Source: Gracilinanus agilis (taxonomy: Eukaryota). From it: a stretch of 64,000 nt of DNA. The stretch covers positions 86,034,640 to 86,098,639 of the forward strand of contig NC_058130.1 of the NCBI RefSeq assembly GCF_016433145.1. The letters are read 5' to 3'. The notes beneath the pieces were generated by a model. The model was not told where the DNA came from, made no database searches, and worked only from the letters and a program-made list of their open reading frames with translations. Shown here in pieces: positions 24,339-36,800 of the stretch; position 1 is the stretch's first letter; each line of letters starts with the position of its first letter. The position numbers and the translations under genes were made by a program.

Positions 24339-27300
24339 ATGTCATTCCGTAAAGGTATATGCTTTCTCCAAGTTGTAGCTTTTTAGAATTGGTTAAATGA
24401 CAAAGAAAAAAATTAATTTTTTCTCTTTTTTTTTTAGTGAACATCATCATCCTAGTTCTTGCTGTCACTCTCTTTCTGCTAGTTTTGCATCATAACTTCC
24501 TTGGTCTGAGTGATTTGTTGAAAAGGGAGGTCTCAGGTACAGTGACCCTAATTGGTCCTTATAAAGTAAATCACAACTCTGACTGCCATTCTCTTTCATT
24601 GTCATAGTGGATTAAAAGATGATAAATGTAGATCTTTAACCTTTTACTTCCTTTGTGGAGAGGGAAGGGTAAGGAAGAGAAAACTTTTGTTATTGTAGAA
24701 GATCTTAAACACTTTGAGAAGAAAAAAGGAGGGAGGTCCACTCTCTTTTTCATAGCCTTGGTTTCCTTAGCTTTAAAATGGGAGTGTTTTCTATCTCATA
24801 TTGTGAGAAAAGTGCTTTGCAAATTTGAAGGTACTACATGTGTATTAATAGGTATAGGATTGTTATCCGATTGCTAGCATAGACTTGCAGCATAGCAACA
24901 CCCTCAGCACAATCTCAAGTCCACTGAAATCCATTGTCCACACTCCTTTCTCTTTGGGCTTGGAGGACTGATGCTTTAGAACAGTGATTGGGAACCTTTT
25001 AGAGATGGAATGTTGGGCCCCATCCCACCCCTCAGACTGTGTGCCCAGCCTCTCCCCTCACCCCATACAGGGAAGGGAGGAAGTACTCTCATTGGACTGC
25101 TTAGCAGAGGGGCAAGTGAAGGGAGGAATGTCCTTAGTGAGTGTAGAGAGGAGGGGAGTGGCCCGAGCACTCCACACCACTCCAGCTCTGCCACCTGTGA
25201 GCTGGCCACCTTACTCATGTGCGTTCCTATTGGGCTGTGGGCAGAGGGGAGGGATATGTGAAAAACTGTCTTTAAGTGTGGTGAAGAGGGGGAGGGGAAC
25301 AGCTCCACCCAAGTCCCCCTGCCTTTCTAGAAATTAATTCTGGAGGGGAGAGCAGAGGGCAGCCCTGTGCCCACAGAGAGCACTCTGTATGCCATTTTTG
25401 GCACCCTAGGTTCACTATCACTGCTTTAGAATGTTAGAGGCATAAAAAAGAAAGAATAAGAAAAAAAAGAGAACAAGATTACTGTAACAACCTACAGAAA
25501 GGTTTTATGGCATTTGTCATTCCTTTTCCTCTTGTCTTCTACACTTTTTCATTTCCAGTGGTTTTGACCATTCTTGTTACCTTTTATCATTCTTTCTTCC
25601 CTCTGCAGATCCAAATCTTGTGGGATTTCAGCCACTAGCGTTTGTGCCTAATGCCCCTAAAAGCTTGCTCTCTAGGAGTGAAGAGGAGATTCCAGTAGTC
25701 ATTGCAGCTTCTGAAGACAGACTTGGGGGCACAATTGCAGTGATGAATAGTATTTACCATCATACTCACTCCAATGTGGTTTTCTACATTGTTACTTTGA
25801 ATGATACTGCAGACCATCTCAGGTAAGTTTGTCTCAATTCTTCATACCATGCAACATGGGAAATAGAATCAGGAAGACCTGGAAGGCCTTACAACTTAAT
25901 GCAATAGGAAAAGAGTTTTCCCCCAAGGAAAAACTTGTATTAAATTTAAAAAAGTTTAAAAAGTTTAAAAGCTCATCTGAGTTCAAAAATGTTTCGGGGG
26001 CAGCTGGGTAGCTCAGTGGATTGAGAGCCAGCCCTAGAGACAGGAGGTCCTGGATTCAAATCTGGCCTTAGACACTTCCCAGCTGTGTGACCCTGGGCAA
26101 GTCACTTGACCCCCGTTGCCCACCCTTACCACTCTTCTGCCTTGGAGCCAATACACAGAAGTTAAGGGTTTTAAAAAAAAAGTTTCACTACCTTACTCTC
26201 CAAAGGTAGCTGTTTCTAGTTATTTCCTCACTATAATCCAGTGCTAAGATATAGTACAAAATAAGCAAACAGGTCAGACATGTGATCTATCTACCTAGCC
26301 TCACAGCTGCTCTTGGAAGGTTCTTATACAGGACTTCTAAGTCCAAATCCTTCAGTCTTGCCACTGTCATAGCCACTCTTTACAATGATGTTTGGGGGCT
26401 TTTCTTCCTATCCCTATTGACCCCGTGGACCCCAGCCCAGCCCGGAAACAAATAAAACTTTAAAACTATGAAAATTACATAACTAAGGGCCCAGAGCAAA
26501 CTATGTACACCATACATGTAGTTAGACTCTTCTTTGGGGACTAGACACTTTGGCACACAGTTTTTCCTGAGTTAGAAAATTGAGGAGACAGTGTGTTGAG
26601 TATATAGAGGAAAAAATGAATTGGTGGTTTCTTTCCCCACCCCAAAATTCTTAGTTTTAACATTGCCTCAGTTTCCCCCTGTACCCCTTCCTCTCTCAGA
26701 ATAAACCCATATATTAAAAATAAACCATCTTCAGTAAAATTACTGATCAATACAGAGGCTGCCACACACAATGCTCCATACCCATGGAACCACTCCTCCT
26801 CACCCTCACCCCACCCCATGCTATTTCTGCAAAGGAATACGGACATATTAGTTCTTTGGGACCAAATTTGTTCTCTGCAGTTTTAAAAGTATTTTATATT
26901 GTTTTGGTTGTTCTTTTTATTTACATTGCTGTATGTATTGTGTGCTCTGTTTACTTTATCATTTCATGTCTTATAACATGCTTCTCTGTATTTGCCTATT
27001 TTCACAGCACCATAATGGTCTGTTGCATTTATGTACTGCAAATTTAGCACACCCTCCCTCCCTTTCAAGTTGTTGATTCATTTTCAGATAAAGCTGAGCC
27101 CCTCATTTTAAAGAAAAATGATACCTATAGAGGGGAAGCTACTGGAACACTCACTTGGTAAGGCAATGTGAGTGGAACTGGAGGAACCTTGTTTTTCTCA
27201 ACTCCAGTGCACCTCATTGGCTGTGTCCTTGGATGAGGTCTCAGAGCTTGCTCTGACCAGAATTTTCCCATGGGACTTGTCAAATTTTAGACTCGGAGAC

Positions 27301-29911
27301 TTGCAGATGTCTTTAGTGGAGGAATCAGCATATTTCAGCATAGCATTGGCTGCAGTAAAATTACAAGAGCTGAACACCAGATTCATGGCATCATAGATGA
27401 AGAGTTAGAAGGGGACTCTCACTTTATAGAAAAATGAAGCCCAGAGAAGGGTTGCCCCAGCTGACAAAAGGTACCAAGCATCAGAGATGGGATTGGAGCC
27501 CAAGAATCAGTGCTCTTCTGCCTATGCCTCTCCTACTAAGAATATTAAATATTAAGAATATTTTCTACATGGGAACCCCTGGCACTTCCTCAGGACTCTA
27601 TACAGTAAGTAGGTAAACAATATTGTGTCCCTCAATTCTTCCTGCACAGGCCAATAGAATATACACTGAAATACTTGGTGCTAAGTTGTCTAACAACACT
27701 TTTTTTTTTAAATTGAAACATGATTATTTATATCCCAAGACTGACATAACATTTGATGCTTTACTCTGGTCAGATCCTGGCTTAGCAGTGATTCTCTAAA
27801 AAGCATCCAGTACAAAATTGTGGATTTCAACCCTCAGTGCTTGGAAGGGAAAGTAAAAGTGGATCCTAAACAGGGGGACTTCTTGAAGCCAGTGAGTACT
27901 GTCCATCATTTATGTTTCAAAGCTGGTACACAGTAAAAATATTTTGGCTGGGGAGGTATACAACAAAGGGTGCTTAGGGATTCTCTTTTAATAGTATAAG
28001 TCTAAAGAAGTTGCCAAAGACTGTGTACATCAGTGTGTATACATGTCATGATTATGACGTGGGCAGCTTTCTGTAGACAACCATCTCTAGACCACTGCAC
28101 AAAGATCTATTAAACCTGTTTTATCTAGGTCTAGGAAATTAAAGCATTCAGCTTTTAAAGTGCTATGTAAATATGTATTTGCAAGCCAAATAACATTTCT
28201 TCTTTTAACAGTTAACTTTTGCAAGATTCTACCTGCCTAACTTGGTTCCCAATGCGAAAAAAGCAATATATATGGATGATGATGTTATAGTACAAGGTAC
28301 TTTTTTTCCCCTTCATGTTCTCAACCTTTATCCATCTAACTGAACTCGTCTTAAATTTAAACAGTGAGTGGAAATGACTCATTTTCATTGAAATCTTAGT
28401 GCATTCAAGGCTTCTCAAGGCATCTTTTTACTCTTCCAGGTGATATTCTTGCCCTTTATAATACACCTTTGAAGCCTGGGCATGCAGCTGCTTTTTCAGA
28501 AGACTGTGATTCAACTTCTGCTAAAGTTATTGTCCATGGAGCAGGGAATCAGGTGAATCATCCTTATCCAAATATATTCCCTACTTTTCACACATAGCTT
28601 TAATTATTAGGACCAGTGTCAATGAAGAGCTCTAAGCAAAATTATCTGGTTCTTTAAATGCATGTTTATGCTGTCCTCTCTGCAGACTTCAAAAATAACC
28701 ATCACAGCACAGGTAAGTTGCTCAGTGAATAAAGCTAGGTCTGGAGACATGAGGTCCTTGGTTCGAATTTGGTTTCAGACACAGCTGTGTGACCCTGGAC
28801 AAGTCATTTAACTGCCATTGTTTAGTCCTTATCACTCTTCTGCCTTTGATCCAGTACTAAATATTAATTCTAAGACAGATCAGGGTTCTTTAAAAAAAAC
28901 AAATCACCAAAATTAAAGCTAATCTGTTAGGTTCATTTTCTGTCCTATTTTCTACCTTTTTCATTAAAATATTTTGGTGTCTATAATTATCAGTAATTGT
29001 TTAGAGAGCTGTTTCTTTCATCCCAATACAGAAGTGCATTCTCAGGAACAAAACATTCCATGTTAATTTGAGGCTTGCCTATAAAGTATTTCAACAATGT
29101 AGCTGTCAGTTTTGATTCCTTTTGATCCTTTTTGTGGGTTGGGGCAGTGATTAGCAGCTTGAAAAATCATCAATTTTTTGCACACACAAAACTTGTTCTG
29201 TTTAAAAATTAAACTGTGCATTTTGATTCTGTTCATAGTATAATTATGTTGGATTTCTGGACTATAAGAAAAAAAGGATTCGAAATCTTGCCATGAAAGC
29301 TAGCACCTGCTCTTTTAATCCTGGGGTTTTTGTTGCAAATTTAACAGAATGGAAACAACAGAACATTACTTACCAGCTGGAAAAGTGGATGAAACTTAAT
29401 GTAGAGTAAGTATAGAAAGACAGTTTGTTAAAAAGAGTTGCAGTGAGCATTTAATTAATTCAAAATCTGGGGCTTCATTAGCATACTACTGTAATGGCCT
29501 TTTTATTTGTCCCTCCAGAGAAGAATTATATAGTAGGACGTTGGCTGGCAGCATTACAACACCTCCTCTACTTATAGTGTTTTATAAACAGCATTCAAAT
29601 ATTGATCCCATGTGGAATGTTCGACACCTTGGTAAGTAATCAAATAATTTTAAAATTTTAGAACACAGGACACTAAGCATATCTTTAGAATTACTAACAA
29701 TTTCTTATTATTAATGGAAGGTTCTAGTGCAGGAAAACGATATTCACCGCAGTTTGTGAAGGCTGCTAAACTCCTACATTGGAATGGACACTTCAAGCCA
29801 TGGGGAAGAACTGCTGCTTATGCTAACATTTGGGAAAAATGGTATATTCCAGATCCAACAGGAAAATTCAGCCTAATCCGAAGACATGGAGACATTGCAA
29901 ATGCAGTGTAA
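24339..29911 (+). CDS. GLT8D1: Glycosyltransferase 8 domain-containing protein 1 (371 aa, complete, 9 coding exons)
   Basis: Coding exons 24339-24354, 24438-24536, 25609-25822, 27774-27891, 28212-28296, 28440-28552, 29239-29405, 29519-29631, 29721-29911. All GT-AG, 1116 nt in total. MSFRKVNIIILVLAV signal-anchor, MDDDVIVQ DxD motif, LLHWNGHFKPW motif. Confidence 0.97.
24982..25423. mobile_element. Non-autonomous hAT element, 442 bp (OposCharlie-like TIRs)
   Basis: TIRs CAGTGATTGGGAACCT / AGGTTCACTATCACTG; perfect 8-bp TSD CTTTAGAA (24974-24981, 25424-25431). Confidence 0.9.
25996..26182 (+). mobile_element. Marsupial SINE (SINE1_Mdo-like)
   Basis: GGGGCAGCTGGGTAGCTCAGTGG (Pol III A box), GGATTCAAATC (B box), TGTGTGACCCTGGGCAAGTCAC core, A tail. 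Confidence 0.9.
28710..28900 (+). mobile_element. Older marsupial SINE
   Basis: GCTCAGTG...GGTTCGAAT...TGTGTGACCCTGGACAAGTCATTTAAC core with A-rich end. Confidence 0.75.
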
Positions 29912-30433
29912 AGTAGAATACAGACTACCATTCTTTTCTCAGGAAACACTGACAGTCGGTATTTAGTTGGGAAAATGTCTTATGTGTAATGGTGAGAATT
30001 TTCATGGTGAAACACAGGAAAACCAACTTACAGCAGCTACCATACCCAATTATTATGAAGTTCTCCAACATCATCCCAACTAGAATATGAAAACACTTTA
30101 TATCTGCCTTACTTGAGAAAAAGTATTTTGCTAATTATATTGCTACTACAGAGAGAATTTTGACAAGCAGAAGTGAATGATGTGCCTTCCCCTTCTAGGA
30201 CTGATGAGCCATCTTGCAGTTAAATGCTGTTTTTTTGTTTTACTTCTATAACCTGTGGCTTTGTTTGACACTTTACTTTGCATGAAACCCACTTGAAGCA
30301 TGTTTACATTCTATTAACTTAGTTTAAAATACACTACCAGTTATGGTTTCTTTCAAAAAGTTACACCTCTTATTTTTGCCTTAGTTAAAGTTCCCCAATA
30401 CTATTTAAAGATGGTTTTTCATTTTGTTCCAAA

Positions 30434-30439
30434 AATAAA
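30434..30439 (+). terminator. Candidate GLT8D1 polyadenylation signal AATAAA
   Basis: AATAAA about 520 nt after the GLT8D1 stop codon. Confidence 0.55.
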
Positions 30440-30644
30440 ATTGAAAAATATGGTTGATCTTCAAAGTAGATATTATTTTGCTTTAACGATTAATCAGAAC
30501 CAATATCGTTTTCAAACCATTATGTTAATGCAGACCACTCAGACCCTTACTTGAGCTTCAGTTTCATCTATAAAATGGGGATAATGCCTCACAAGACATT
30601 ATGAAGCCTAAATTGACACAAATTAAGTCTGTGGTGACAAAGTA

Positions 30645-30650
30645 TTTATT
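30645..30650 (-). terminator. Candidate GNL3 polyadenylation signal AATAAA
   Basis: TTTATT on the plus strand about 200 nt after the GNL3 stop codon. Confidence 0.55.
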
Positions 30651-30852
30651 ACAACTACCTTTCATCAATTTCAGTTCACTTTTACAAAAACAAAAACTTA
30701 TCTCCTACTTATTGTTCCATATTTTTACATATTTACAAATAACTATACATGTTTCTCATACCATAATCATTTTTGATGTAGTATATATACACAGTATCTT
30801 ACGTCAAGGTAACTCCAGAAGTAAATCAACAGTGATTCAGGAATATCTTTCA

Positions 30853-33808
30853 TTATACATAATCTGTATTAAAACTGTAAGTGTCGTCATCTTCCTCAAT
30901 TATTTTATCTTTAAGGAAAGACTTTTCTTCTCTAGTATCAAAGTCTTCACCTTCATAAAAAAAAAAAAAAAAGAAGAAGAAGAATTTGAGAAGATGCCTG
31001 CTAAGTCCTAATATTCAAAAGTGTAGGGGCAGCTGGGTAGCTCAGTGGATTGAGAGCCAGGCCTAGAGACGGGAGGTCCAAGGTTCAAATCCGGCCTAAG
31101 ACACTTCCTAGCTGTGTGACCCTGGGCAAGTCACTTGACCCCCATTGCCTACCCTTACCAATCTTCCACCTATAAGTCAATACACAGAAGTTAAGGGTTT
31201 AAAATTTAAAAAACAAAACAAAACAAAAAAAAAACACAAAAACAAAAGTGTAGGCCCGATTAGCTTTCAACATACCTGGTTGGAACTCTTTCAATGTTAT
31301 TTTCTCTACTTTAATTCTTTTGTTTCCTAATCTGCTTCTTTCCTGAGAGGAAATATTAAAGGTTCAATTAGCATGCTAAAGAAAATAATCATGTAAACAC
31401 AAGACCAAAACTTTTCTTCAGTAATCAAGTGTTATGCTCCTTTGCAGTGGAGTTCATGATACAATGTGATTAAAGGGAGAAATCTGGTATCAAAAACTGC
31501 TGACATTTATCTACTGAGTGAAATACCATTAAAAAAAAAGCTACAATTAAGCAAATGAGACACACACCCCCCGTCATCCCAAACAACAAAGATTTAAATT
31601 TTATTAAAACAATAAAATCTATGATCTCACACACACAAAGTGTAAATCACAAATTTATTCTATAAAATATCACCAAAACATGGTAGGATAAGGCCCCTCC
31701 AAATGGAATTTTCAGAAGGATCTAAATTTATTCAAAGGTTAAAAAAAAAATTGAGAACTGAGATAAGAGAATAACATTTTATATCAAGATATATGCACAC
31801 ATAGCGGGCAGCTGGGTGGCTCAGTGGATTGAGAGCCAGGTCTAGAGATGGGAGGTCCTGGGTTCAAATCTGGCCTCAGACACTTCCTAGCTGTGTGACC
31901 CTGGGCAAGTCACTTGACCCCCATTGCATAGCCCTTACTATTATTCTGCCTTAGAACCAATACCCAGTATTGATTCTAAAACAGAAGGTATGGGTTAAAA
32001 AAAAAAAAAGATATATGCAGTTAAAGAACCAGAGAAAAATATGGTGGAAATGGTTTGGGGTGGGGATTACCAGAGGAAAAAAGTGACGTTGTAGGAGTTT
32101 ATATACTATAAACCTCATGGTTAGAGATCACAAATCTTGGAAACAAATGTAAGGTAGTAATGCCACATCTTACTGTCTGAAGTAGAACTAGTAATTATTT
32201 GATATTTAGAATTTCCACAATCCAAAAAGTTAGGGAGAATGAACAAGTGGACATTCCTATTCTCAAATTCTTAGGAAGATGGGCCTTGTGATAGAAAAAG
32301 AATCACACTATTGTCTCACCTAAAATTTGGGTGAAGAGTTCTCAGGAGCTAAGGTTGAGTAAAGTATTAGACAAGAAAAAGAAGGGAAAATGAAGAGGAC
32401 ACAAAGCTACTCAACTCAAAATGCTAATTTTCTTCTGGGAAAAGGCAAGACAAATCATTGAAAAGGGAGTTGTTGAGATTAAGTAGGAAAAGACAGAACA
32501 TAGAGCTGACTGATACATTCAAGTCACCAGGCCCAAATATTTTTATTTTTATTAAACCCTTAACTTCTGTGTATTGGCTCACAGGTGGAAGAGTGGTAAG
32601 GGTGGGCAATGGGGGTCAAGAGACTTGCCCAGGGTAACACATAGATGATATATTTAGATTTGCTTATCTCCTTGGAAAGTCTCTAGTGAAGTACCCCATG
32701 AAACCTGGCTTGGTGCTGTGCTGTTTAGCATTTTTATTTATGACTTAATTGATTATCTACACTACAGACGACCCAAACCTGGAACAGCTAACATATTAGA
32801 TAACAGTTCTATTTTATAAAAGTCAACTTGAAAAAAACCTACGGAAATTCTAGTGGCCAGCAAATTCAATAAATCAACAGAGTGGTAAAATTGCCCCCAA
32901 AAGTAATGTCATCTTAGGCTGCTTCAAGAGCAATAACGTTCAGCTAAGGTAGCTGACAGTCTAGCCAGAAGCAATTCTCCTACCTCTTCACTGTTATATT
33001 TATTTCCAGGTATGGTGTTGTCTCAGGAAGCTCATCAGTAAGGTTGAAGGCCAGTCAGAATAAAGATCTTGAGATTAAGCTATATGAAGGAAGGCTTTAG
33101 GAACTAGGAAAGCATGGTCTGAAAAAGTGAGGGCCTGCCTAGGGAGCACCCAGTAGCCATCTCCTGCTCTGGCACCAGAGGGAGAAATAGGAATTAAAAT
33201 CATCTCCAAAATAGGATAGGTTGCCTTGAGAAAGTATTGAGGGGATATGGAAGCCAAGTAATGATTTGATGATCTCTTAATGCAGTACACTGTATTTCAT
33301 GTGTGGGTTGGATTACATCAGTAGTTTTTTGGCATTTTGTGTCAGACTAGTGAAGCCTATGGACCCCCCTTCAGAATATTTCTGCTGCCTATGCTTAATT
33401 GACAGAAATACTTGAAATGAAGTAAATGTTCGATTTCTCTTAGAGGTTACTAAAAATTCTCATTTTTTTCCTCATCCAAGTTCATGAACTCCCTGAAATA
33501 TATCCATAGAGCCTAAGTTAAGAACTCCTAAACTAGTCAATTTCTTCTGATATTCTAATATCTAATTCCCTCATTATGCAAATGGAAGAGACCAAGGGTG
33601 TCCTAGGCATAGGCAGATCTTTCCTCATTAACCACAGCTACAATACCATAGCTAGTTACATGTTTCCTTTTCTTTGGAATATTACAGTTTTACAAGTTGG
33701 CATTGAAGGGTTTTTGAAAATCTATGGAGACTTCTACTGATTGCTTAAAACTTAATCTAAAAAATCAATTTTACCTCAAGATCATTTTCATCACCACTGT
33801 CCTCATCT

Positions 33809-33840
<32 letters not shown>

Positions 33841-36800
33841 TCCTTCACTCTCTTGTCCTGGTAATTCCTCAGGCACATCTTTTTCCTCTATTATGCCATT
33901 GGTCAGACCAGAGCTTTGGAAAAGGATGCTACTTGACAATCTGGGACCCCTGATGGCTAGCAAAAGAAATCTAATGAATCATTAATAGATCAGCATGAAA
34001 TCTAAACAAAACAAGCAAGCACAGATTTTACTAACCTCTAATGGCACCCACATTGTTTTTTTCCAGTTCCTCTAGATTAAAACCTTGCTGCATATCTGCT
34101 ACAATACTCTCAGTAAGATGTGAAGAAAGAGTCAGTGATGAAGGAGCCTGACAGTAGTAACTCATCTTAGGGCTGGTTTAAAAAAAAAAAAAGATAAAAT
34201 TTAATAGCTAATCAATACTATTAAGTTTTCAACAGATGAACTAAATAAAGCCTTTACCCTGTCCAGTGAGACCAAAACAGCTTGGCAGCTTCCTCTACTT
34301 TTGGTATACCACCTTTCCGCACCATCCCTTTCTTCTGTGCTAGCAGGGTTAAGAATTCCTGAGAATCTCTATAGCTTGGGATGTTGTATCGTAACATTAG
34401 CTGAAACAAGAAAAAAAAAATTGCTTCATCTGGTCTAGCATATGTTTTGTCAAGAATTTTAAGGTGGCAATTTTGTTAAATCCAAATAACTACAATATCA
34501 TTAGATATGCAGTTATATAAGACAAAAGATAATAAATGACTCAAAACAAGCCAGCACTGTTTATCTGCTTATCCAGGAATGTCCCTGTTTTTTCATTTCC
34601 TTATAAACAAGAAGTCAAGAAATTGCCTTTTCAGTGCCAGAGAAAAAAACAACAAAGTAACTAAATAGATCCTCATCTCTATCAAACTAATAGACAAACT
34701 AAACTTGTACATTCAACCATTATCTTCAACTAGATGGTTCCAAGGACATTTATCTCTGGCCGAAAAAACTGATATCAATATAGAAGGGGCCTTCAAGAGC
34801 TCTGAAGAAAAGTAGAGATTAATAATGAAGCTACTGAAAACAAAACTGTAAGAAACTATATTACCTGCTGTTTATTACAGTATTCCAGGATTGTAGTTAC
34901 TGAATCTAATGTTTCTCTTTCTTCAATATTTGTGGGACTTCTCAAAGCAAGAGCTAGTGCAGAGTTAGAAGGAGATGCAATAATGCTTGGACTATTCAAT
35001 ATTGTGATTTTCTTGTCGATATGGACAATTTGCATGTATCTACAGAAGAAATAGTAATGCATAAACACTTTGAATCTTCAAAGAATGAAGAGAGATGAAT
35101 ACCTAAGCAAACATGAAGCTCAGAGTTGGATTGAAGAAATTCAACATAGAACATCAGATCCAGTTTGTCATCATATGCTTCATGTGTGAATGACAACTCA
35201 AACCCATACATATTTTCACACAGAAAATCTCATTTATAGGGAAAAACATGCCAGGTCTTATGATATTCATATGTAAACAAAAAAATGTGATTACAAGTTC
35301 TACCAAAGCCATGATATTTGACATCTTCCTTTAACTGAAACCCTTAAAGAGGAAGAAAAATTAGGATCAACTTAATTGTATTCAATTTAAAAGGTTATGA
35401 TATCAAAAGTTACAACTTTCTCCTTGAAATATTCCCAAGAGCCCTCAAACTTTTCAGATGCTTACCTTGTAAGACCCATGGCTGGTCCAGTATGACACAC
35501 ATATGCTTGTTTTAAACTATTGATTATGCTACTTTTGCCCACATTTGGGAAACCTTCAAATGAAAAGAAATAGAAATATCTCATTATTTATGATACAAAT
35601 AACTCATTGGAAACTCAAATAGTATAAAGAAATCTGCATTTTGTGTACAGAAAACAAATACTGACAAAAATAGATTTTATGGGAAGTATGAAATAAAACT
35701 GGATGAGTCCTGTTCAGAGTGAGATCAGAGTTGGATCTCTTATCATCATTTTAATAATAAGACCATTTCTATCTTCATTTCTCACCCAAACAACAGTCAG
35801 AACAGATACTATGCCAGAGACTTCAATACTAATCTTAAACCCTAAAGGGGTCATTAACAGCAGAACATTTTGTGGTAGCAAAGAACTAGAAACAAATTAG
35901 ATGCCCTTAGACTAGAGAATGCAATGGCTTAAATTGTGATACGTGAACATCATGGGATATTACTGTGCTCTAAAATCCAACCAGTAGGATGAAAAGAGGC
36001 TGCAACAATGTTAAAGGAAAGAACCACAAAACAACCAAAATGTAATATGCAACAAAACTACAAAGAAGAGAAATAAAGACCCCACCCCAACTCCTTTGCA
36101 GAGGTAGGAAGTATGGGGGGAAGGGGAAGTACATTGCATGCATTTCCAAACTTTTTCAATGTATTGTTTTTTGCTAACTCTTTCCTCATTTTTTCCCCCT
36201 CTCCCTTTCTTTAAAAAATAGCATTTGCTCTATGTGATGGCTCTCTTGGAGGAGATAGTATTAAAATCGTTTTTTTAAAAATAAGGCAGATTAAAATCAA
36301 TTTCAACCATTAATTTTTTGAGGTACCAAATAGTTTGTTTTCTTCAAACTTAATAAGGAACAGTTACATGAGACTAATAATTCACATCTACACTGTGGGT
36401 ATTCTTTCCAAGCATTTCTCCCAGCACCCTTTTAAAGGTAAATACCCTTTTGTCAGCAACCAAATTTCTGATTTCATTTCCATAGAAAAGTTGCTAGTTA
36501 TGATTACATAAACTCACCAATCACACCAACTCGAATGGCTTTGTTTTTAGTCTCACAAAAGCCACTAAGGAGTGTCAAAAGGCTCTTTCCACCCAAGCAT
36601 ATGCCTTGCCTGCTGACGTCCAGCTTCTTCTTCCCTGGCTTTAAATTCAAACAAGTTAGTTACCTTCTTGGTTGTCAATTATCTTTATAAAGAATGGGAT
36701 ACATTCTAGGCAAGAAATAACAGAACTGACTCAATAGCAGAAAAGTGATATCTAGACTTAGAACTGATGCAGTGGCTAGAACACTGGGCCTAGAGCTAGA

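Noticed and set aside
25996-26070. tRNA-like A/B boxes at SINE heads
   Set aside because: These are SINE Pol III promoters with no cloverleaf; not tRNA genes.
30601-31011. 136-aa ORF on the plus strand
   Set aside because: Antisense to the GNL3 last exon and 3' UTR, AT-rich, with no homology recognised.
32310-32430. Alternative candidates for GNL3 exon 14
   Set aside because: Wrong phase or in-frame stops; 31342-31276 fits phase, splice signals and expected length.
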